NCBI GenBank assembly: GCA_002269645.1 | Contig: NIVC01000494.1 | Coordinates: 372,001-436,000, forward strand | Source: Macrostomum lignano | Taxonomy: Eukaryota | Reading direction: 5' to 3' | DNA length: 64,000 nt | Shown: one piece after another, positions 55,243-64,000 of the stretch | Position numbering within the stretch: position 1 is the first letter of the stretch | How the letters are laid out: the number at the start of each line of letters is the position of its first letter | Program-made: the position numbers and the translations under genes | Notes under the pieces: generated by a model | Databases searched by the model: none | Told to the model about the DNA's origin: nothing | The model's input: the letters and a program-made list of their open reading frames with translations, nothing else

Positions 55243-58011
55243 ATGCGATTCGGAAGTTGTCTACTGACGCTGTTCCTGATAATACATACATTTCTCCGAG
55301 GGTAAGCTCATGAGCATTGACTACTGATTAATTTGAGTAGTAAGTAACATATACGCATCGTAATTTACTATTCGAAAATTTCATTCTATCACACAGAACC
55401 TCTCCTGGTACGCAATTCTGCCTGCCAAACAGAGCTATCACTATCAGCATGAAAATGGACGCACTTCATCAAGACAGCGTCACTCTAGTTGCTAGGCCAG
55501 ATACTTCATCGCCCGCTGCACTTTATAAGTCGTCGAATTTCAACTGCAGATGGAATTTACTAGCGAAACCCTGTTCCCAGAGCAGTGAGCGGCAGTTGAT
55601 GCTGATTGGTGATCCATCGAGTAAGGTCGGCATTACGAATGAGATGCGATACTGGCTGAGTGGTTCCGAGTTCCCTGTGTACCCTGGCCTGATTCACGGA
55701 GTCACTCTAGGTGCCAAGTGAGTACTGAACTATATATGAACTTATTAATAATATTAATACTAACCACCTTGATTTGATTCTTGACCTTTGAGCTCTATAG
55801 ATTCTCAATAAATCGCACGAACTGTAATTGGAGGGGTCGCAACCCTAGGAAGCGCCAATGCTTGGTGTCTTGGTGGGCATCCCTGTCTCTTGTTAGGCAC
55901 CCCTGTCTCTTGTTAGGCACCCCTGTCTCTTGTTAGGCACCCCTGTCTCTTGTTAGGCACCCCTGTCTCTTGTTAGGCACCCCTGTCTCTTGTTAGGCAC
56001 CCCTGTCTCTTGTTAGGCACCCCTGTCTCTTGTTAGGCACCCCTGTCTCTTGTTAGGCACCCCTGTCTCTTGTTAGGCACCCCTATCTCTTGGTGGGCAC
56101 CCCTGTCTGTTGTTAGGCACCCCTGTCTCTTGTTAGGCACCCCTGTCTCTTGTTAGGCACCCCTGTCTCTTGTTAGGCACCCCTGTCTCTTGTTAGGCAC
56201 CCCTGTCTCTTGTTAGGCACCCCTGTCTCTTGTTAGGCACCCCTGTCTCTTGTTAGGCACCCCTGTCTCTTGTTAGGCACCCCTGTCTCTTGGTGGGCGC
56301 CCCTGTCTCTTGTTAGGCACCCCTGTCTCTTGGTAGGCGCCACTGTCTCTTGGTAGGCGCCACTGTCTCTTGGTAGGCGCCACTGTCTCTTGGTAGGCGC
56401 CACTGTCTCTTGGTAGGCGCCACTGTCTCTTGGTAGGCGCCACTGTCTCTTGGTAGGCGCCACTGTCTCTTGGTAGGCGCCACTGTCTCTTGGTGGGCGC
56501 CACTGTCTCTTGGTGGGCGCCACTGTCTCTTGGTGGGCGCCACTGTCTCATAGTAGGCGCCACTGTCTCTTGGTGGGCGCCACTGTCTCTTGGTGGGTGC
56601 CACTGTCTCTTGGTAGGCGCCACTGTCTCTTGGTGGGCGCCACTGTCTCTTGGTGGGCGCCACTGTCTCTTGGTGGGCGCCACTGTCTCTTGGTGGGCGC
56701 CACTGTCTCTTGGTAGGCGCCACTGTCTCTTGGTGGGCGCCACTGTCTCTTGGTGGGCGCCACTGTCTCTTGGTGGGCGCCACTGTCTCTTGGTGGGCGC
56801 CACTGTCTCTTGGTGGGCGCCACTGTCTCTTGGTGGGCGCCACTGTCTCTTGGTGGGCGCCCCACGAGCAATTTATTTGAACGTCAATCGCGCAAATCCT
56901 CATGTATTACAACCTGTACCGTTTCTCCCACCCCCTGCAGCAGCTGCATCATCAAGGTGTCGGCCTCCATGAGCTCCCAGCATCCTGCCGCCTCGGAGCC
57001 GCCCAGTCTCACAGCGGTGCTGCTTCATCCCGAGATCTGTGCCAGGGACTTTCTCCAGTTCAAAGGCGGCTGCTACACAGCCAGTCGAATCCGTCAGAGC
57101 TTCAAGGACTTCTCGAGCAGCATCCTGGGCTCTGCTCAGCTGGCCAGCTTCTCCTGCAAGGCTGAGATCAGCAGCTTCATCGTTGCAAGTGAGTCCAGAA
57201 AATGAGATTGAGGATGCATAAGAGGAATTCAAGTAACAGCATTAACTAAATTCACTTGAGACATGAATTAAGTGAAATAAACTTACTTGCTAATTTCCCA
57301 GACCTGCACCGAGCGCGGGCTTATCCGTACAGGCCGCCTCTGGACCTGACACAGCCGACTCGAATCGCCGTGTTTTACAGACCCTCCGATCACAGCGTGC
57401 TTTCGCCTGCTTGGAATGGGACTCACTGCTGGCTGCAGACGGTTGCTGAGCTGCAGAGCCTGGCAGACCATCTGTGAGTATCTGGGATTCCATCTTTTAA
57501 TACGTGTTTGTGTGTCTTCTACCTGAGTGTTTTGCGTTTCTGAACTACCAGCCGACGCAGGCCGCCAGACCCTCGCACAGCCAAAGCGGCCGTCCTGCTC
57601 TGCGCACACCTCACCACACCTACGGAGAAGTCGTTAGCATCAAATTGGTCAGTCGTCTTCGCTGACTGCGGCACTCCGATGCTGTCGCTGGTGGCCACCC
57701 GTCAGGCCCCGCAGTGCAACCTCAGCGATGCCATGCTGAAGGCTTTCAACAACGTCGAGACAGAAGCGCCGCTCGGAGGTGTGCAGAATGAGACAGAACT
57801 GGGCTCGACTTCTGGATCGGGAAGCTCAGGAGGGACTGCCGTCCTTGTCCCTGCTTTCTTGATTGCAATTTTATTCTTAATCGTTTTCTTAATCTTTCGG
57901 CAAAGGTGTGCGTCGGTTTGCGAGCATTCTGAGTCAGGTGCTGACTCAGGTGCTCAGCACAATCAGTTATCCAAGTTCCAGCTGCTCGAATTGAAGCTAC
58001 GGCAAGTTTGA
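55243..58011 (+). CDS. Receptor-like gene A: signal peptide, CUB-like domain, atypical C-type lectin-like domain, TM, short tail (about 419 aa)
   Basis: Phase-consistent GT-AG exons 55243-55301, 55397-55717, 56941-57188, 57302-57473 and 57552-58011. N-terminus MRFGSCLLTLFLIIHTFLRG. Exon 2 has FC...NFNCRWNLLAKP. Exon 3 has ICARDFLQFKGGCY...LASFSCKAEI. Last exon has LLCAHL..NWSVVFADC, then TM AVLVPAFLIAILFLIVFLIF-RQR. An extra intron after the TM (ag|gtgtgc) is possible. The gene structure is well supported; the domain names are inferred. Confidence 0.75.
55870..56862. repeat. 20-bp minisatellite in gene A intron 2
   Basis: c(c/a)ctgtctcttg(t/g)t(a/g)ggc(a/g)c, about 50 copies in three variant blocks. 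Confidence 0.97.
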
Positions 58012-58809
58012 GACTATAATTTTGTATAAATTTGCTCATCCAGTTTAGAGTGAAGTTGGCACTGCAGCTGAAATGAATTGCGAAATAACGAAGAGCAGAG
58101 GGCTCTGAAAGCTGAGTCACCATTACTGCAGCTTTAAAATGTGCTACTCAACCGAAAATTTTGTCCCAGAAATTTCCTATCCAGAACTCAAGAGACCAAA
58201 GATCCCTTAAGAGAACAGGACCTGCCCAAATCGCCATGTGCTGAGTAGAAAGTGAAGTTCATTCTCTGTTTAGGTGTGCTCCCCATGATAAATTTGAACA
58301 GGAAATCTCAGATAAAGTTTCGAATTTACGACGCAAAAGTATTACAGCAGAAGATAAAGTGTTTTTCCGAATATCTCAGGAAGATAGAGGCCATATAGTA
58401 ACTTCTAGAAAAATACATCACAGGCATGACGCAATTGCCAGAATGCAACTGCCCAGAGGCTTCATATTGGTACTTCCTCACTGCAGCTTGTTTTTGCATT
58501 AACTAATTTCGCTTGAATTAATCTCATAAAATATAATACTCGGCACCCTCTCTGTATATGCTTAATAATAGTTATAATAATGCTAATAGTAACAATAATA
58601 ATAGTAAAATATAAATAATCTACTAACGCTTAATGCATTCTTCGTATGTTATTGACTTTGTTTGCAGATATATATATTTAAATAGCTAATGGTATGAGGC
58701 ATGATGGGTAGGTATGTAAAAGTGGCGCGAGTCACAGTCAGGCCCAGACAGCGAGCTCTTGTCCTCTGTCAAGCCGCCACAGTCTGCTGATAAGGAAAAC
58801 ATGAGAGAC

Positions 58810-59150
58810 GGTCCGATACAGACTCTCAAGGTGTGGGACAGTCCGATACAGACTCACAAGGTGTGGGACAGTCCGATACAGACTGGACAGTCCGATACAG
58901 ACTCACAAGGTGTGGGACAGTCTGATACAGACTCTCAAAGGGTGGGACAGTCCGATACAGACTCTCAAAGGGTGGGACAGTCCGATACAGACTCTCAAAG
59001 GGTGGGACAGTCCGATACAGACTCACAAGGTGTGGGACAGTCCGATACAGGCTCACAAGGTGTGGGACAGTCCGATACAGACTCACAAGGTGTGGGACAG
59101 TCCGATACAGACTCTCAAGGTGTGGGCAGTCCGATACAGACTCACACGTG
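58810..59150. repeat. 30-bp minisatellite
   Basis: Unit gtccgatacagactcacaaggtgtgggaca. Confidence 0.95.
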
Positions 59151-59215
59151 GTGATTCATAGCTCATATACGACTCAATATTGTCCTACATGGGCCCGTGA
59201 GAAAACACACTGCAT

Positions 59216-59540
59216 GCGGGGGGTTTCACTAGGCCGAAATTTCACTTTGCCGAAAGCATCTTCCTTCACAAGGCCGAAACTTCATAAGGCCGAAACTTCA
59301 CTTTGCCGAAAAATCATTTTAGCATCGTCTTTCATTAGGCCGAAACTTCACTTTGCCGAAATGACTAACACGCTCTTTCTTCAGGCCGAAACTTCACTAG
59401 GCCGAAAAATCATTTTGCAGCCTCTTTCACTAGGCCGAAACTAATTTAATTAACTTGATTACGTCTACATGTACGATCCAGATCCAGACCGGCAGCCGAT
59501 TTCACAGTAGCGTAAATGTAAAACTGTAAATTTGCATTAT

Positions 59541-59607
<67 letters not shown>

Positions 59608-60004
59608 ACTATCTATCTTACGAAAATTAGATTTCTCGGTAGTTGCACGTACTCTTTTGCACTACTTGAGTAGTCTGATTTTCGTTCGGCATGGCTGGTT
59701 CCAGCAGGTAGTTCCTCTGGATAAAAGCGCTTACCGCGCCCATTGGCTTTCCAGCTGCCTTAATCGTTTCCGGTGATCTTGTGTGCGTGCTTTCAGCGTG
59801 ATTGGCTGCGGCAAGAGAGCTCGAAAGAGCTCGCTTCGCTCGCTCTTTCTCGCTATCTACTATCTATCTATCTAACTATCTATCTGTCTTTTTTGGAGGC
59901 TTAAGTTCACATCCCCTTTCGACCATAGTAAGGATGCTGCTAAAATGATTTTTCGGCAAAGTGAAGTTTCGGCCTAGTGAATTTTCGGCCTAGTGAAAGC
60001 GCCC
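59216..60004. mobile_element. Foldback/MULE-like non-autonomous element (about 790 bp)
   Basis: Left arm: tandem tttcactaggccgaaa/ttcactttgccgaaa (59216-59445). The right arm is the inverted array (59945-60004). Flanked by a direct repeat CACTGCAT at 59208-59215 and 60005-60012. Internal (TATC)n tracts. Confidence 0.75.
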
Positions 60005-60654
60005 CACTGCATATAAGTCTTTCTCTCTTTCTCTTTGACGATGTCTCAGATACCTAATGTCCCTAATCAGTTAAAAAAGTAAAAGGTCCGATAGCTTTCT
60101 CTCGATCTTTAGTCCTCAACACGGATGTTTTATTTCTTCCACTTTCTTACTCGTTACAGTTTCAAATAGATGCTCAGCACGTAATTGTATTAAGCAATTT
60201 AGTGAGAAGGAATAGAGCTTTAAAAGCACGTGACCTTTGAGGGATGGTCACTGGACACCCTGCCCTCTGTGGGCGTGTTTGAGTGCGTTTGAGCTGGATT
60301 TGAGAGTTTCATTCCAATACTTTTCGGGACTTCCAGTTCCTGATTGGCTCTCTTTTTGGCTCCTGGTTGAAGACGGATTTTCCATCGTTTCTCCATAGGC
60401 ATGAAATACATGTAGGTTTAAAAAAGCTATCTGTCTGCATGGTCTGTTTGGCAATAATTATCGCCTCGCAACTGCTTGGATACATGCGCATGCTAATGAG
60501 TGATGTTCATGGTAAGTTGCTTGGGAATTCAGATCTATTTTACACTTAGCATAAAAATGATAACTTTGAATTAAATGAGCAGGATAAACCGCTTGGCAGC
60601 TGATGGTTGTAAGCTCACATTTATATAAACAATGTTTTTTCGACTCATATCTAT

Positions 60655-61517
60655 AGCCATATCTACATCTATTCCCTCTGTGCCATATCTACATCCATTC
60701 CCTCTGTGCCATATCTACATCCATTCCCTCTGTGCCATATCTACATCCATTCCCTCTGTGCCATATCTACATCCATTCCCTCTGTGCCATATCTACATCC
60801 ATTCCCTCTGTGCCATATCTACATCCATTCCCTCTGTGCCATATCTACATCTATTCCCTCTGTGCCATATCTACATCCATTCCCTCTGTGCCATATCTAC
60901 ATCCATTCCCTCTGTGCCATATCTACATCCATTCCCTCTGTGCCATATCTACATCCATTCCCTCTGTGCCATATCTACATCCATTCCCTCTGTGCCATAT
61001 CTACATCCATTCCCTCTGTGCCATATCTACATCCATTCCCTCTGTGCCATATCTACATCCATTCCCTCTGTGCCATATCTACATCCATTCCCTCTGTGCC
61101 ATATCTACATCCATTCCCTCTGTGCCATATCTACATCCATTCCCTCTGTGCCATATCTACATCCATTCCCTCTGTGCCATATCTACATCCATTCCCTCTG
61201 TGCCATATCTACATCCATTCCCTCTGTGCCATATCTACATCCATTCCCTCTGTGCCATATCTACATCCATTCCCTCTGTGCCATATCTACATCCATTCCC
61301 TCTGTGCCATATCTACATCCATTCCCTCTGTGCCATATCTACATCCATTCCCTCTGTGCCATATCTACATCCATTCCCTCTGTGTCATATCTACATCCAT
61401 TCCCTCTGTGCCATATCTACATCCATTCCCTCTGTGCCATATCTACATCCATTCCCTCTGTGCCATATCTACATCCATTCCCTCTGTGCCATATCTACAT
61501 CCATTCCCTCTGTGCCA
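60655..61517. repeat. 26-bp highly homogeneous minisatellite
   Basis: Unit gccatatctacatccattccctctgt, about 33 nearly identical copies. Confidence 0.97.
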
Positions 61518-62691
61518 AAACTCTCTCGTCTCTTACATGTTTCACATCAGCTTTTTGCTGCCAATATAATATATGATTCGCTACTAGAGTCCTTGCTATT
61601 GGTTCCTAGTGGTCCTTGCGCGTGCCACTAGTGCCTTAAACTTGTACTGTACCCTGAATACAAACTTTACTCAATAGCAGCACGTCGGTGCAGCATGACG
61701 GTGAATTAGTCATAGTTAAATCCGTTAGCTAAGTCGTCATGGCCTGATATTGGTTACTGGTTTTCGACGGAATTTCCATGGTTTCTCCAATGAGCTTGTA
61801 ATAAATAAAAAAACTTTTATCAAGACTGTCTGTTTAGTCTATTTGGGAATAAGCGTCGCCTCCCAACCCAACTGTTTGGATACATGTACGCATGCTAATG
61901 ATGTGTTACCAGTGATGTTGGTCAAGTTGTTTCCGTTAGCCAAGTCGTCATGGCCCGAAATACCCGTGCCATTCTCATCGCTATTATTGGAACCTATTCA
62001 GTGTACACTTGCTGGAATTGCCGCTCCGCCACGGGGAATTCCGCGGTTAGCCCTCGGTCATGCCGCGATGATATACTGTAATTCTGGGGATAAATCCAAG
62101 GGCATTTCGCAGATAATTCCAAGGGCATCCCAAGGAATTGCCTTGTAATTGCCACCGAATTTTTCTTAAACTGTGCTTTGACAAAATCTGCTTTGAGAGA
62201 GTCGTCTTAATTAGCCTATCTGTCCATGCAAAAATTGGTAAGTTTCAATTTAAACATCCCCTTTTTGTTAAATTTTGTGTTTAACATGCAGAATACCGTA
62301 ACTCTAACTAGCTTTATCAGATAATTGTTACAGGTGCTAATACTTGTTCCAGCTTAGTGCTTCTCAAATAGATTTAAAAATTAAACTACTAAAATAGTTG
62401 TTTTAATTACCTTGCCGCCCAAGCCTTTGCTAAATTGTAGCACTATTTTTAGTTCCATGTTGCTTCTGTACACTTGTAGGAGTACACTGTCAAATGTAAT
62501 GTAGATATCATACTGTACATTGACTAAGGGTATTACCGCCAACTGACGAAAAGTACATTTTATATGAAAATAAATTTTACTGCAAAGGACTTATCCGTTC
62601 GTTTTTTAATTGTTGGTTAACAAAAAATCATAGCTGGAAAAAAACGAATCGATACTTCAGATTTCAACACTTCTTAAAACCTTTTTTCCAG

Positions 62692-64000
62692 ATGGCAACC
62701 AGAATTAAAATGTGCGAGCGTTTTGGCGAAATCCTTATTATTATCTTTTGCGTTGCAAGCATTCTAAGGTGAGTCTGTTGCTGAAATGTCAAAGTAGGAT
62801 TTGCGGTCAGTTACAATGATTTAAGAAGACTTACACTAAATTACGTATTTCAGTGCCTATGCTGGCAGTCATTATTGCTACAACTCTCGAACGGACGAAA
62901 TTGACATTGCCAAACGCCATCAAAAGGACGAGACACTGACTGCGGAACTGGAACCATCCAGTACTGCTAGAGTGTCGCCCCGGACACCTGCAAACTGTCA
63001 ATGGGAGATTTCCTGCTTTGGACTGAGGCAAAATGCGCCAATGCAGATGGCACTGATTGCAGGCAGGTACAACAGCAACATCGCGATGCACTATCAGATG
63101 GGTGAACATCAGTACGACGTTTCTAACGGTCTGATGCATGGAATCACCCTGTTTGATGAGTGAGTACTGACGCTTGGAGTCTTGGGTTATCATGGTGTGA
63201 GACCAGCTAGCATCTAATTAGCACTCTGAGACATTGTGAGACCAGCTAGCATCTAATTAGCACTCTGAGACAGTGTGAGACCAGCTAGCATCTAATTAGC
63301 ACTCTGAGACAGTGTGAGACCAGCTAGCATCTAATTAGCACTCTGAGACAGTGTGAGACCAGCTAGCATCTAATTAGCACTCTGAGACAGTGTGAGACCA
63401 GCTAGCATCTAATTAGCACTCTGAGACAGTGTGAGACCAGCTAGCATCTAATTAGCACTCTGAGACAGTGTGAGACCAGCTAGCATCTAATTAGCACTCT
63501 GAGACAGTGTGAGACCAGCTAGCATCTAATTAGCACTCTGAGACAGTGTGAGACCAGCTAGCATCTAATTAGCACTCTGAGGCAGTGTGAGACCAGCTAG
63601 CATCTAATTAGCACTCTGAGACAGTGTGAGACCAGCTAGCATCTAATTAGCACTCTGAGACAGTGTGAGACCAGCTTATACATTGTTGTTTTTGTATGCT
63701 ACGAGCGTATTTACAAAAATTTATATATTAAAACAAATATATATTAAAACAAAAATTTTTATATTACTCACTCGAACCGACCCAATCAACCTGCAGCAGC
63801 TGCATCATCAAGGTGTCGGCCTCCATGAGCTCCAAGCATCCTCCGGAGCCGCCCAGTCTAAGAGTGGTGCTGCTTCAATCCAATATCTGTGCCAGGGACT
63901 TTCTCTATTTTCAAGGCGGCTGCTACACAGCCAGTGGAATCCGTCAGAGCTTCAAGGACTTCTCCAGCAGCATCCTGGGCTCTGCTCAGCTGGCCAGCTT
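62692..64000 (+). CDS. Receptor-like gene B, paralog of gene A, 3' part beyond the window
   Basis: Exons 62692-62768 (MATRIKMCERFGEILIIIFCVASIL, signal-like), 62854-63159 (YC...ANCQWEI...GLMHGITL) and 63797 to beyond 64000 (about 93% identical to gene A exon 3). Intron phases are the same as in gene A. Confidence 0.8.
63195..63675. repeat. 39-bp minisatellite in gene B intron 2
   Basis: Unit accagctagcatctaattagcactctgagacagtgtgag, about 12 copies. Confidence 0.97.

Noticed and set aside
60632-61631. Three overlapping ORFs of about 300 aa with His/Cys repeats
   Set aside because: A 26-bp array is open in all three frames, so this is not a metal-binding protein.
54500-62046. gccacgg..aatt.ccgcgg motif upstream of both receptor genes (54501, 55046, 62028)
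   Set aside because: Short, in differing orientation and distance, and more likely repeat-derived than a shared promoter.
63195-63675. Regular 20-43-bp arrays as CRISPR
   Set aside because: The units are head-to-tail with no unique spacers, there are no cas genes, and the context is a eukaryotic intron.

Overview
Animal genomic DNA: intron-rich and saturated with tandem repeats (about 24 kb, over a third of the window, by my coordinate sum). The style resembles the flatworm Macrostomum, but that is an inference. Nearly all long ORFs in the supplied track are repeat artefacts, and the real genes had to be rebuilt from splice sites and reading phase. Genes: a copine (minus strand, 8 exons, 13393 to 1253, running off the left edge, degenerate C2A); an SNRNP25-like ubiquitin-fold exon (minus, 15398-15848, no in-frame Met); an orphan exon (minus, 25555-25768); a divergent F-actin capping protein beta (minus, 3 exons); GOLPH3 (plus, 2 exons); and two tandem paralogs of an unnamed receptor-like protein (plus, 55243-58011 and 62692 to beyond 64000). 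The complete copy reads signal peptide, CUB-like, atypical C-type lectin-like, TM. Mobile DNA: a LINE 3' remnant, two tRNA-derived SINE copies, a hAT-type MITE and a foldback-type element (each with a perfect 8-bp TSD), and a duplicated palindromic element. The best candidate for an undescribed system is the receptor pair. Its exon 2 is only about 25% identical in protein, while the adjacent exon 3 is about 93% identical in DNA with mostly amino-acid-changing differences. No CRISPR, rRNA or intact tRNA gene was seen.
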